A DNA stretch of 64,000 nucleotides. Origin: Anaeromyxobacteraceae bacterium (GTDB lineage: Bacteria > Myxococcota > Myxococcia > Myxococcales > Anaeromyxobacteraceae). Location of the stretch: the NCBI GenBank assembly GCA_047602405.1, contig JASGHJ010000002.1, positions 2,464,001-2,528,000 of the forward strand, in the 5' to 3' direction. A model generated the notes under the pieces. It had not been told where the DNA came from and ran no database searches. It saw only the letters and a program-made list of their open reading frames with translations. This document shows positions 1 to 9,866 of the stretch, in pieces. Numbering within the stretch: position 1 is the first letter of the stretch; every line of letters begins with the position of its first letter. The position numbers and the translations under genes are program-made.

Positions 1-1065
1 GCCCGCGAGCTTCACCGCGGCCTTCTCCTCCTGCTCCCGCCGCGCGGTGGCGTAGAAGCCCTCCACCTGAGCCTCGGTCAGCGTGAGCTTCTCGACCGGG
101 CGGCCCGCCTCCTCGTACGCCATCGCGAGGAGCTTCTCGACCGCCGCGCGCTTCGGGAGCGTCGCGAACATCCGGTCCAGCTCCGCCTTGCGCTTCCGCT
201 CCCACGCCTCGAACGCCGCCCCGGGGGCGCCGCCGCCCTTCGGGAGCACGTCGACGCCCTCCGCCTTGCCCGGGAACCCGGGGATCGGACGTGCGCGTGG
301 CGAGGGGACCGCTCCGGTCTCGAGCACGACGCGGAAGCCGGAGCGCTCGCCGACCGCCCGCGGGTCGATCCACATCCGGCTCGTCGCGAGGCCGTTGCCC
401 CGCGCCACGCGGCTGGGCTCCCTGTCCACGAGGACCGACCAGCTGTAGGCGGGTCCGACGGGGTTCTCCCTCGGGCTCACCCAGTAGAAGACCTCGCCGT
501 ACCAGTCCGACACGTACTCGTCGGCGTTCCCGCTCATGTCGTACAGGCCGAGCGCGTTCGGCTGCTTCCCGCCGACGGGGTGGAGCCCGCTCGCGTCCTC
601 GCGGGTCCAGCCCACCGCCCCGGGGTCGTCACCGCCGCAGTACCGCTCCCGCCTGCCGCCGCTCCGGCACGCGTACTCCCACTCGGCCTCGGTCGGGAGC
701 CGGTAGCGCCGGTGCGTGAGGCCCGAGAGCTTGCGGACGAACGCCTGCGCGAGCTCCCAGCTCACGGCGTCCACCGGGCACCTCGGGCCGGCGCAGGCGC
801 CGCCGGACGTCGTCACCTGCCGGGCGTCCTTGCCCATGACCTGCTCGAACTGCTCGAGCGTGACCTCGTACTTCCCGAGGGCGAAGTCGCCGACGCAGAC
901 CTCGTGGGCGGGCCGGGCGTCGAAGGCGCCGCCCTCGTCGCCCATCGTGAAGCAGCCCCCCTTCACCGGGACGACCTCGAGGTCTGGAGGGACGGGAGGC
1001 GGTGCGGCGAGGCCGCCGAACGGCGCGAGCGCGACGGAGGCGACGAGGAGCGAAGCCCGGGACAT
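1..1065 (-). CDS. Formylglycine-generating enzyme (SUMF1/FGE-sulfatase) domain protein, 3' end outside window
   Basis: Manual translation from ATG at 1065: MSRASLLVASVALAPFGGLAAPPP...VVPVKGGCFTMGDEGGAFDARPAHEVCVGDFALGKYEVT...RLPTEAEWEYACR...PNALGLYDMSGN, all typical FGE-family motifs. Open to position 1, so absent from the ORF track. Confidence 0.85.
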   Translation of the reverse strand, partial: MSRASLLVASVALAPFGGLAAPPPVPPDLEVVPVKGGCFTMGDEGGAFDARPAHEVCVGDFALGKYEVTLEQFEQVMGKDARQVTTSGGACAGPRCPVDAVSWELAQAFVRKLSGLTHRRYRLPTEAEWEYACRSGGRRERYCGGDDPGAVGWTREDASGLHPVGGKQPNALGLYDMSGNADEYVSDWYGEVFYWVSPRENPVGPAYSWSVLVDREPSRVARGNGLATSRMWIDPRAVGERSGFRVVLETGAVPSPRARPIPGFPGKAEGVDVLPKGGGAPGAAFEAWERKRKAELDRMFATLPKRAAVEKLLAMAYEEAGRPVEKLTLTEAQVEGFYATARREQEEKAAVKLAG

Positions 1066-1144
1066 GGAGGCCCCCTCTCAGGGTGAAGGCCGATCCAGGC
1101 CCCTCCCGCCACGGAGCGTCAACGCGTCGGAAGGTCGCACCCGC

Positions 1145-4100
1145 TCAAGGCTGGAACCGCGCGCGCACCTCGACCCAGTCGAGCACCACCTCCGCCATCG
1201 CCGCCGACTGGCCGTTCGGCCGCTTCGGGACGACCGCCACGACGAGCGAGGCCCCGGAGCCGAAGGAGAGCTGCTGGAGGACGACCGGATCGGTGATCGC
1301 GAAGGTCCTCGGCGTCGGCGACGCCGGCGGATCGGCGGCGCTCCCCAGCACCGCCCACCCGGCGGGCGTCCAGCCCCACACCTCGTAGCCGTCCACCGCC
1401 GTGCGCCCCTCGTAGCCGCGCCCGCCGGCGGACACCGCGACCTCGAGCGCCGAGGGCCCGGCGAGCGCGCTGAAGGCGACGGGGACCTCGTAGAGGAAGG
1501 CGGGCCGGGCCGCCGCGCCGTCGTCGTAGGTCCAGTGGCCGGAGGTGCTGTAGCCGTTGCCGAAGAACGCGGTGAGCTGCTTCGTCGTGCGGTCGTACCC
1601 GATGCCCTGGAACCAGTCCTCCTCGGGCTGGTCGCCGAGCGGGAGCCGGAACGTCCAGGCCTTGCCGGCGGGGTCCCACTCGCCGAGCTGCCAGTACGGC
1701 GCCCCCGAGAAGACCACCGCCACGTCGCGGCTCTCGTCGAAGGTCACGCTGTGACGGAAGCGGGAGGACGGGTTCTGGTCCTTGTCGTCCTGCGAGGTGA
1801 ACGTGCCCGCGGTCCCGTCCCAGGCCCACGTGTCGCTCGCGTAGCCGAGCCCGTACTCGTAGCCGCCGACGACGAGCGTCTGCTTGCGCACGGGGTCGTA
1901 GACGAGCCGGTGGTCGCGCCGGCCGATGGGCGGGCCGGTGGCCGCCGAGCGCAGCGTCCAGGCGCCGGTCGCCGGGCTCCACTCGCGCAGGTCGCGGTAG
2001 GTGCACTCGCACCCGCTCGTGCAGCCCGCCGGGACGGTCGGGCTCCCGTCCGCGCAGGAGGAGACGTTGTACTTCCAGCCGCCGTAGGCCACGAGCACGT
2101 TGCGCTGCGTGTCGAACGCGACCGCCGCGGCGTCGCGCGGCCAGGGCACCGCGCCCGTGCCCGTGCCGCGGTTCACCCAGGCGGAGCCCGCGACGTCGTA
2201 CTCCCAGATCTGCCCGGACTGCGTGAGGTGGACGATGCGGTCGCGGTTCGGATCGTAGGTCGAGTCGCCGTTGCACTTCGCGCAGCCCTGCGGGCTCGTC
2301 GGCGGGAAGCCCGCGCCGGTGCCGGCCGCCTCGAGCAGGCTCCAGTTCATGAGCTCGAGGTCGAGCCGCCAGACGTCGTTGTAGAGCCCGTTCGTCTGCA
2401 TGCCGCCGTACATGAGGACGCCGCCGCGCACGGCGTCGGTGAACATGCCCTCCGGCTCGCGGTAGACCGGGGTCGTGGCCGCGCGCGCGATCGGCTTCCA
2501 GCGGCCGGCCGCCGAGTCCAGCATCCACTTGTCGGTCGCGCCGCCGCCGGAGTAGCCCCCGAGCACGAGCAGCCGGCTCCGCGTCCAGTCGTACGCGACC
2601 GAGTGCATGAAGCGCGCGCCCGGCGGGTTCGCGAGCGTCCGGAGCGACCACGCGCCGTTCGCGTACTCCCAGAGCTCGTTCACGTACGCGTAGGACGTCC
2701 CGGTCGTGTTGGCGTAGCCGCCGAACATGGCGGCGCGCCCGCGGAGCCGGTCGTAGGCCATGGCGGCCTGGTAGCGCGCCGTCGGTGCCCCCGCGGCGCC
2801 GCCCGCGACCTTCAGCGTCCACTGCGCGGCCGCCGGGTCGTACTCCCAGGTGTCCCCGAAGGCGCAGATCCCGCCGGCCGCGACCGAGCCCGCCGGGCAG
2901 GGCTTCCCGCCGTCGTAGGCGTAGCCGCCGAACAGGACGAGCACCCCGCGCGCGTCGTCGAAGGTCATCACGTGCTGCTGGCGCGGCGCGGGCCACGCGC
3001 CCGCCTTCGGCACCTGGGTCCACGTCCCGTCGCCCGAGTCCCACTCCCAGAGGTCGTCGTGATCGCCGTAGTAGTAGCCGCCGAACATCAGCACCTTGCC
3101 CCGACGGCTGTCGAAGACCGCGACGCTGCCGTCGCGGGTGTCGGGCGCGGGCGGCCCGGCCGCGGGCGTGCGCTTCAGCCAGCGCCCCTCGAGGAGGTCC
3201 CACTCCCAGGTCTCCGGGTCGTAGCCGCCGCCCACGCGCCCGCCGAACAGCAGCGCGCGCGCGTGCTTCGTGTCCACCGCGAGCACCGCGCCCTGCTCCG
3301 AGCCGGGGCGGAGGCCGCCGGTGCCGAGCGCGGTCCACTGGTTGTCCGCGCCGTCGTGTGCCCAGAGCTGCTTCTTGTCCCCGTCGTAGACGAGGGTCCG
3401 GCCGAGCACCCCGTCGAAGGTGGACGGCCACAGGGGCTTCACGGCGAGGTCGGTGGGGGAGATGTCGAGCCGCCTCCACTTCCCCTGCCCCGGCTGCGAC
3501 GCCTTCGCGCCGCCGGCCGCGAGCACCGCCGAGAGCTCCGCGGCGGCGGGCTCCACGGTCCGCGAGTAGTCCTGCGCGTAGACCGCGCGGACGCTCTCGC
3601 TCCGCCAGAGCGTCGTCGGGTTCTCGAAGGTGCTGCCCGCGACCTTGCCGCCCAGCCCCGCGATCCACTCCACCCGCGGCACGGCCCGGCGCGCCGACTC
3701 GTTCCCGGCCGCGTCCACCACCGAGAGCCACATCCGCGGGGAGTCGTTGCCGAGGTTCTCGACCGTCCAGCCGCCGGCCCCCGGCTGCAGCGTCCCGAGG
3801 AGGAGGCCGCCGGCCTGGCGGGAGTGGACCCGGACCTGCACGATGGCCTCGCCGGCGGCGGCGAACGTCGAGGCGGGGAGCGGGACCGTCGTGGGATCGG
3901 CGCCCGCCGCGAGGCTCGCGAGCGTGAGGAACTGCCCCGGCGCGCCGCCCGTCTGCTGCGCGCCCCACGGCACCCGGAGCTGCTTCAGCGTGGCGAGCTG
4001 CATCGAGCCGTCGGCGTCGGGCGGGGTGCGGTCCACCACGAGCGCGACGCCCGGGAGCGTGACCTCGCCGCCCGGGTTGGCGGCGAGATCGACGAGCGAC

Positions 4101-4873
4101 ACGACGATCGGGCACGTCCCGTCGGCGGCCTGGACCGACGGATCGAGGGCGAGGCCGTAGGTGAAGAAGGTGGGGGCGGTCTGGCCGGGCTCGCGCACGA
4201 GCGGGACGTCGCCCCCCGCGCAGCGCGCCACCACCGAGGGCGCCTGCGCGAGCGCCTCGGTCGTGGAGAAGAAGACCGCGTACTCGCCGCCGTCGCGGAC
4301 GGCGTCCACGCGCGGGAGGAGGTTGGCGGCGTCCGGCGTCAGCTGCTCGCCGGGGGCGACGGCGGCCGGCGGCGCGTGATCGATCGTCACCGACGCGAGC
4401 GAGACGCCGGTCGCGGGGTTGCCGGTGGCGTCGACGAGGTCGACGATGATGGGCCAGTTGCCGGACGGCGCGGCGGCCTCGCTCTCGGGCGTGTAACCGA
4501 AGGTGTAGGTGAGCCCGCTCTGCGCGGTCAGGGCGAGCGCCGGCGGCGGGTCGGCCGGAGCGCTCACGCGCACCCTCGGCGCCACCGCGAGCGCCTCCGA
4601 GACCGTGAACGTCACCTCGACGGGCTGGTGGGGCCCGCAGCGCTCGTGCGCGAGGACCACCGAGCCCGCGACCACCGCCGGCGGCACCTCGTCGGCGCCC
4701 GAGGGCAGGCAGCGCCCGAGGCTCGCGCGGCAGGCCCAGCCCTGCGGACAGTCGGCGTCGCTCGCGCAGCTGAGCTGGGCGCCCCGAGGCGGGGCGACGT
4801 CGACCTTGCAGGCGGCGAGCGCGAGCACGGCCACGGCGGCGAGCGCGCGGCCCGGGTGGAGATCCGGCATCAC
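1145..4873 (-). CDS. Large kelch-repeat (beta-propeller) lipoprotein with N-terminal Cys-rich and Ig-like segments
   Basis: 1242 aa; lipobox LAAC; many 'LLFGG...DTWEWD...W' kelch repeats. Confidence 0.8.
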   Translation of the reverse strand: MMPDLHPGRALAAVAVLALAACKVDVAPPRGAQLSCASDADCPQGWACRASLGRCLPSGADEVPPAVVAGSVVLAHERCGPHQPVEVTFTVSEALAVAPRVRVSAPADPPPALALTAQSGLTYTFGYTPESEAAAPSGNWPIIVDLVDATGNPATGVSLASVTIDHAPPAAVAPGEQLTPDAANLLPRVDAVRDGGEYAVFFSTTEALAQAPSVVARCAGGDVPLVREPGQTAPTFFTYGLALDPSVQAADGTCPIVVSLVDLAANPGGEVTLPGVALVVDRTPPDADGSMQLATLKQLRVPWGAQQTGGAPGQFLTLASLAAGADPTTVPLPASTFAAAGEAIVQVRVHSRQAGGLLLGTLQPGAGGWTVENLGNDSPRMWLSVVDAAGNESARRAVPRVEWIAGLGGKVAGSTFENPTTLWRSESVRAVYAQDYSRTVEPAAAELSAVLAAGGAKASQPGQGKWRRLDISPTDLAVKPLWPSTFDGVLGRTLVYDGDKKQLWAHDGADNQWTALGTGGLRPGSEQGAVLAVDTKHARALLFGGRVGGGYDPETWEWDLLEGRWLKRTPAAGPPAPDTRDGSVAVFDSRRGKVLMFGGYYYGDHDDLWEWDSGDGTWTQVPKAGAWPAPRQQHVMTFDDARGVLVLFGGYAYDGGKPCPAGSVAAGGICAFGDTWEYDPAAAQWTLKVAGGAAGAPTARYQAAMAYDRLRGRAAMFGGYANTTGTSYAYVNELWEYANGAWSLRTLANPPGARFMHSVAYDWTRSRLLVLGGYSGGGATDKWMLDSAAGRWKPIARAATTPVYREPEGMFTDAVRGGVLMYGGMQTNGLYNDVWRLDLELMNWSLLEAAGTGAGFPPTSPQGCAKCNGDSTYDPNRDRIVHLTQSGQIWEYDVAGSAWVNRGTGTGAVPWPRDAAAVAFDTQRNVLVAYGGWKYNVSSCADGSPTVPAGCTSGCECTYRDLREWSPATGAWTLRSAATGPPIGRRDHRLVYDPVRKQTLVVGGYEYGLGYASDTWAWDGTAGTFTSQDDKDQNPSSRFRHSVTFDESRDVAVVFSGAPYWQLGEWDPAGKAWTFRLPLGDQPEEDWFQGIGYDRTTKQLTAFFGNGYSTSGHWTYDDGAAARPAFLYEVPVAFSALAGPSALEVAVSAGGRGYEGRTAVDGYEVWGWTPAGWAVLGSAADPPASPTPRTFAITDPVVLQQLSFGSGASLVVAVVPKRPNGQSAAMAEVVLDWVEVRARFQP

Positions 4874-4952
4874 GGAAGTATGACGCGGGACCGCGAAGTG
4901 CTTCGCCGCGAGCCCCGAGTGGGGCCCATTCAGTCCGGAAGCGGACGGAGGT

Positions 4953-5519
4953 TCAGCCGCCGCCCGCGGTCCGCCACGCCTCCGCGGTGACGGTGAAGAC
5001 GTGGAGCCGTCGCATCCGTCCGTGGAGCGCCTCGGGCTCGGTGGCGTGGAGCGTGAATCCGAGCCGCCGCGGCACCGCGATGCTCGTCGCGTTCTCGACG
5101 TCGACCTTCATCTCGACCCGCTGCAGCCCCGGCAGCCCGAAGGCCGCGTCGACCGCGGCGCGCGCGGCCTCGGTCGCGAAGCCCTTCCCCGTCGCGGAGT
5201 GCCGCAGCCAGTAGCCGGCCTCGATCGCGCCCGGCCCGACGCGCGGGTGCAGGCTCACGCCCCCGAGGTGCTCGCCGGTCGCGGCGTCGAGGATGGCCCA
5301 GCGGAAGGCCCTGCCGGCCTCCCAGTCGGCGACCGAGCCGGCGAGGTACTCGCGCACCTGCTCGAGCGCCATGGGGTGGTCGAAGGACCACGGGACCCAC
5401 GGCCGGACGTGGTCGAGGCTGGAGTCGATCGCGGCCTTCAGGTCCCCGGCGTCGGCGGGCTCGAGCCGGCGGAGGCGCAGGCGCGGGGTCGCGAGCGAGC
5501 GCGGGGGAGCGGCGGGCAC
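4953..5519 (-). CDS. GNAT family N-acetyltransferase (RimJ/RimL-like)
   Basis: TPRLRLRR, GYWL...TGKGFATEAA, N..S..V.RRLGF motifs. Confidence 0.9.
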   Translation of the reverse strand: MPAAPPRSLATPRLRLRRLEPADAGDLKAAIDSSLDHVRPWVPWSFDHPMALEQVREYLAGSVADWEAGRAFRWAILDAATGEHLGGVSLHPRVGPGAIEAGYWLRHSATGKGFATEAARAAVDAAFGLPGLQRVEMKVDVENATSIAVPRRLGFTLHATEPEALHGRMRRLHVFTVTAEAWRTAGGG

Positions 5520-5548
5520 GCGCCGAGGATAGCGCGCGGGCGGCGCTG

Positions 5549-6508
5549 GTGAAGGCGGGCCTCATCTGGTACGACCGCTGCCCCGTGGTCATCCTCGCCT
5601 ACGCCGTCTGCGCGATCGTCTGGGGCACCACCTGGTACGCGATCCGCGTCTGCATCGGACCGGGCGGCTACCCGACCTTCCTCTCCGCGGCGGTGCGCTT
5701 CACGATCGCGGCGCTGATCCTCGGCGTCGCGCTCGCGCTCGGCTTCGGGAAGCCTCGCCCCGACCGGCGGGCCGTCGCCTGGATCGGGCTCGCCGGCCTC
5801 CTGAACGGCCTCGGCTACGCGCTCGTCTACCGCGCCGAGGAGGAGATCGCCGGCGGCGTCGCGGCGGTCCTCTACGGCACGATGCCCCTCATGACCGCGG
5901 CCCTCGGCGCCTGGAGCGGCACCGAGCGCCTGCGCGCGAGCACGGTCGGCGGCGCGCTCGCGGGCCTCGCCGGCATCGCGGTCATCTTCTGGGACCGGAT
6001 GGCGGTGTCGAGCGAGCAGGCCGCGGGCGTCGTGCTGGTGCTCCTCTCGGTCGTGTGCTGCGCGGCGTACACGGTCGTCCTGAAGCGGCACACCGCGCGC
6101 TCGGACCCGTTCGCGAACACCGCGGTCTTCTTCCCGGTGACCGCGGCGGTGCTCTGGGCGATCGCGGGCGCCGTCGAGCGGCAGCCGCCGCCGAGCCCGC
6201 TCCCCCTCGAGCCCACCGCCGCGCTCCTGTACCTGGCGGTGATGGGGTCGGTCGTGACCTTCGGCGCCTACTTCTACCTGATGCGGCACGTGCGGCTCTC
6301 GACCGTCGCGACGCTCGTGCTGGTCGAGCCCGTGCTGGCGCTCCTCCTGGACGCGTTCCTCGAGCACCGCGCCGCGACGCAGCCGCTCACCTACCTCGGC
6401 GCGGCGATCACGCTCTCCGGCGTGCTCGTGACAATCTTCTTCGGGGAGCGCGAGGCGGCCGCGGAGCCGGCGCCCCGGCAGGGGCCCACGAGCCGTGCGG
6501 CGGGTTGA
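5549..6508 (+). CDS. EamA/DMT family transporter
   Basis: IVWGTTW, ~10 TM helices, LYLAVMGSVV; true start may be the GTG near 5585. Confidence 0.9.
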   Translation: MKAGLIWYDRCPVVILAYAVCAIVWGTTWYAIRVCIGPGGYPTFLSAAVRFTIAALILGVALALGFGKPRPDRRAVAWIGLAGLLNGLGYALVYRAEEEIAGGVAAVLYGTMPLMTAALGAWSGTERLRASTVGGALAGLAGIAVIFWDRMAVSSEQAAGVVLVLLSVVCCAAYTVVLKRHTARSDPFANTAVFFPVTAAVLWAIAGAVERQPPPSPLPLEPTAALLYLAVMGSVVTFGAYFYLMRHVRLSTVATLVLVEPVLALLLDAFLEHRAATQPLTYLGAAITLSGVLVTIFFGEREAAAEPAPRQGPTSRAAG

Positions 6509-6568
6509 AATGCCCGCCCCGCTCCCGCGTAGGGCCCCTCACCGCCATCCCGGCGAGGAGGTCCGCCC

Positions 6569-7558
6569 ATGCCCACCCTCCCCTCCCGCGCCGCGCCCGC
6601 CGCGCTCGCGCTCGCCGTCGCCCTGACCGGCCTCGCGCCGGCCCCCGCGGGCGCCCACGACCGGGAGCAGCGCCGCGCCGAGCGCGCGCACGCCCGGCTC
6701 GACGCGCTCCTCAAGGACCCGCCGCAGGGCCCGGACCGCTTCTACTCGGTCGGCAAGGAGCTCCTCTCCTCGGGCGACTACGGCGACGCCGCGGTCGCGT
6801 TCGAGGAGGCGGCGAAGCGCAGCCAGAAGCCGGGGAACTCGCACTACAACCGCGCCTGCGCGCTCGCGCTCGGCGGGTGGACCGACGCGGCGTTCGCCTC
6901 GCTGCGCGCCGCGCTCGACGCGGGCTACGACGACCCCGATCACATGGCCGAGGACGAGGACCTCGAGCGGCTGCACGGCGATCCGCGCTTCGCGGCCCTG
7001 CTCGCCGACGCGGAGCTGCTCGAGATGCCGCCCGTGAACCCGGGCCACCACGGCGGCGGGTGGTTCGGCTCATGGGGCCGCGGTCACGACCGCGGCGCCG
7101 TGCGGGAGTCCCGCGAGGCGGCCGAGCGCCTCCGCGCCTACCTCGCGCGCCACCCCGGATCCGGCCGGGCGGCCTACGGCCTCGGCATCGCCCAGCTCAA
7201 CCTCCGCGAGTACGAGGCCTCCGCGCGCGCCTTCGAGGCCGCGCTCTCGCTCGGCTACCGGCCCGCGGCGACGCTCTACAACCTCGCCTGCGTCGAGGCC
7301 CGCCGGGGGCGGCCCGAGCCCGCCCTGGCGTACCTCGACCGCGCGATCGAGGCCGGGTTCCACGAGCCCTGGCAGCTCAGGACCGACGACGACCTCGACG
7401 CCCTCCGGGGCGACGCACGCTTCCGCGCGGCCGTCGCGAAGGCGAAGGCGCTCGCGAAGGCCGACGATCACGGCCGGCACGGCGGCCTGAACTGGACGTG
7501 GGGTTCGGGCTTCACGTGGGACGACGACGAGGACGACGAGGACGTCGAGGAGGACTGA
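6569..7558 (+). CDS. Secreted TPR-repeat protein
   Basis: Signal peptide; two YN(R/L)AC...D.DL..L..DPRF TPR-end motifs; acidic tail. Confidence 0.75.
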   Translation: MPTLPSRAAPAALALAVALTGLAPAPAGAHDREQRRAERAHARLDALLKDPPQGPDRFYSVGKELLSSGDYGDAAVAFEEAAKRSQKPGNSHYNRACALALGGWTDAAFASLRAALDAGYDDPDHMAEDEDLERLHGDPRFAALLADAELLEMPPVNPGHHGGGWFGSWGRGHDRGAVRESREAAERLRAYLARHPGSGRAAYGLGIAQLNLREYEASARAFEAALSLGYRPAATLYNLACVEARRGRPEPALAYLDRAIEAGFHEPWQLRTDDDLDALRGDARFRAAVAKAKALAKADDHGRHGGLNWTWGSGFTWDDDEDDEDVEED

Positions 7559-7588
7559 CGGGCCGCCGCGGCCGCCTATACTCCGGTC

Positions 7589-8666
7589 GTGCCCCGCCTC
7601 GCGCCCGACGACCTCGACCGCTACCGCGCCGCCTGCACCCGCTTCCTCGGCGGCCATGGCCTGCGCTCGGCGGGCGCGCAGCTCGCCGCCCTCCCCGCCG
7701 AAACCGCGACCGATACCTACGGCGCGGGGGGCGTCGTGGCCGCGCTCGAGGCGGAGGTCGCGCGCCTGCTCGGGAAGCCCGCCGCGGTCTTCATGCCGAG
7801 CGGCACGATGGCGCAGCAGAATCGCGCTCCGCGTCCACTGCGACCGCCGCGGCTCCCGCGCCGTGGCCTGGCACCCGACCTGCCACCTCGAGCTCCACGA
7901 GGAGCGGGGCTTCGAGCGGCTCCACGCGCTCGAGGCCGTGAAGGTCGGCGATCCCCGCAAGCTCTTCACGCTCGCGGACCTGCGGCGCGTGGAGGCGCCG
8001 CTCGCCGCGGTGCTCTTCGAGCTCCCGCAGCGCGAGCTCGGCGGCGTCCTGCCGGCCTGGAGGGACCTCCGCGCCCAGGTCGCGTACGTGCGCCGGCGTG
8101 GGGCGGCCGTCCACCTCGACGGCGCGCGGCTCTGGGAGTCGACGCCGTTCTACCGGCGGACCCCGGCGGAGGTCGCCGCCCTCTTCGACACGGTCTACGT
8201 GTCCTTCTACAAGGGCCTCGGCGCGGTGGCGGGCGCGTGCCTCGCGGGCCCGAGGGACCTGATGGTGGAGGCGCGCGCCTGGCGGAAGCGCCACGGCGGC
8301 ACGCTGTACGGGATGTGGCCCTACGCGGCGCTCGCGCTCGAGGGCCTGCGGCTCCGGCTGCCGCGGATGCCCGCGTACCGCGCGCACGCGCGGGCGATCG
8401 CGAGGGCGCTGCGGGCGGTGCCGGGCGTCACGGTGCTGCCCGACCCGCCGCACACGAACATGATGCGGATGCTCCTCCCGGTGACCGAGCGGCGCCTGCG
8501 AAGGAACGCGTGCCGGCTCGCGCGCGAGCGAGGCGTGTACACGCTGCGCTGGAGCGGGCCCGGGGCCACGCGCGCCACGCGGCTGGTGGAGCTGAGCGTG
8601 GGGGACGCGACGCTCGGGTTCGAGCCCGGGGAGGTGGCGGAGCTCGTGCGGGAGCTCGTGAGGTAG
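7589..8666 (+). CDS. Low-specificity L-threonine aldolase family PLP enzyme (frameshift at ~7820, likely sequencing error)
   Basis: N-part ...AAVFMPSGTMAQQ (ORF 7589) continues as IALRVHCD...HLDGARLWE...SFYKGLG (ORF 7656 frame) after one extra A. Confidence 0.85.
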
Positions 8667-8685
8667 GCCTTGCCCGGGCCGGCCC

Positions 8686-9855
8686 TCACGCCGCCCGGGC
8701 GAGGTGCGGGAGCGCCCGGGCCACCATCGCGTCGGACGCCGTGAGGCTGATCCGGAAGTACCCCGGCGCCTTCATGAGGGCCCCCGGCATGACGAAGACG
8801 CCCCGCTCGGCGAGCGCCTCCCACTGCCGCACGGGGTCGCCCGCCCACCGGCCCCACAGGTAGAAGGTGCCCTCGGGCGGCAGGACGGAGTGTCCGGCCC
8901 GCGTCAGCGCCTCCATCAGCGCGTCGCGCCGGCGCGCGAGCGCGGCCACGTCGATCGACAGGCGCTCGAGGTGCGGCACGGCGTACTGCATGATCGCGTT
9001 CGGGAAGGACCAGCCGAGCGCCATCTGCGTCGCGAGCACGGCGCCGCGCAGCGCCTCGCGGTCCGCCTCGGGCATGAGCGGCGAGATGGCGAGGTAGCCG
9101 AGCCGCTGCCCCGGCGCGAGCAGCACCTTGCCGTAGCTGTACGTCACCACCGTCCAGGGATAGACGGCCGCGGGGCTCGTGAACGCACGGCCGTCGAAGC
9201 GGATCCGCCGGTACGGCTCGTCGGACAGGAGGAAGACGCGGTGGCCCACCCGGCGCGAAGCCCGCTCGAGGACCTCCGCGAGCGCCGCGAGCTCGCCCCG
9301 CCCGTAGATCCGGCCGGTCGGGTTGTGCGGCGTGTTCACGATGACGAGGCGGGTCCTCGGGCCGATCGCGCCGTCGATGGCCTCGAGATCGAGGTCGAAG
9401 CGCGGGGGCCGGAGCGCGACCGCCCGCGGCACCGCGTCCGCGGCGAGGAGCATGGGCTCGTAGCAGAACCAGCCGGGCTCGCCGAACACGGCCTCGTCTC
9501 CGGCGTCGAGCAGGAGGCGCAGGGCGACCGAGATGGCGCCGAATCCCCCGGCGGTGAGCGCGAGATCGGGCGGCTCGAGCGGCAGGTCCAGCTCCCGGCC
9601 GACCGCCTCGGCCAGGAACTTCTGCGGGACCTCCTCGCTCGTCTTGTAGGCGAACCAGTGCTCGTCGAGGGGGCGCGCCGCCTCCCGGAGCGCCGTGACG
9701 AGCCCGTCGAGCGGCATCTCGTGTGGGTTGCCGAACGTGAAGTCGGCGATCTCGGGATCTCCCCGCCGCTCGCCGTAGCGCGAGTCGAAGAGGAAGCGCT
9801 TGACGTCCTCGAAGCCCCGATCCGCCGCCGCCGCCCTGCGCGAGACGATCGCCAT
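8686..9855 (-). CDS. Aminotransferase class I/II (aspartate aminotransferase-like)
   Basis: MAIVSRRAAAA start; NTPHNPTG, SDEPY, SYGK...PGQRLGY motifs. Confidence 0.9.
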   Translation of the reverse strand: MAIVSRRAAAADRGFEDVKRFLFDSRYGERRGDPEIADFTFGNPHEMPLDGLVTALREAARPLDEHWFAYKTSEEVPQKFLAEAVGRELDLPLEPPDLALTAGGFGAISVALRLLLDAGDEAVFGEPGWFCYEPMLLAADAVPRAVALRPPRFDLDLEAIDGAIGPRTRLVIVNTPHNPTGRIYGRGELAALAEVLERASRRVGHRVFLLSDEPYRRIRFDGRAFTSPAAVYPWTVVTYSYGKVLLAPGQRLGYLAISPLMPEADREALRGAVLATQMALGWSFPNAIMQYAVPHLERLSIDVAALARRRDALMEALTRAGHSVLPPEGTFYLWGRWAGDPVRQWEALAERGVFVMPGALMKAPGYFRISLTASDAMVARALPHLARAA

Positions 9856-9866
9856 GGCTGCCCCCG

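Noticed and set aside
716..4990. 1424-aa + strand ORF, and other very long Arg/Ala/Gly/Pro-rich ORFs such as 27150-29648, 31305-34739, 36254-38845 and 60127-62886
   Set aside because: Antisense or off-frame shadows of real genes, expected in ~75% GC DNA; no recognisable motifs.
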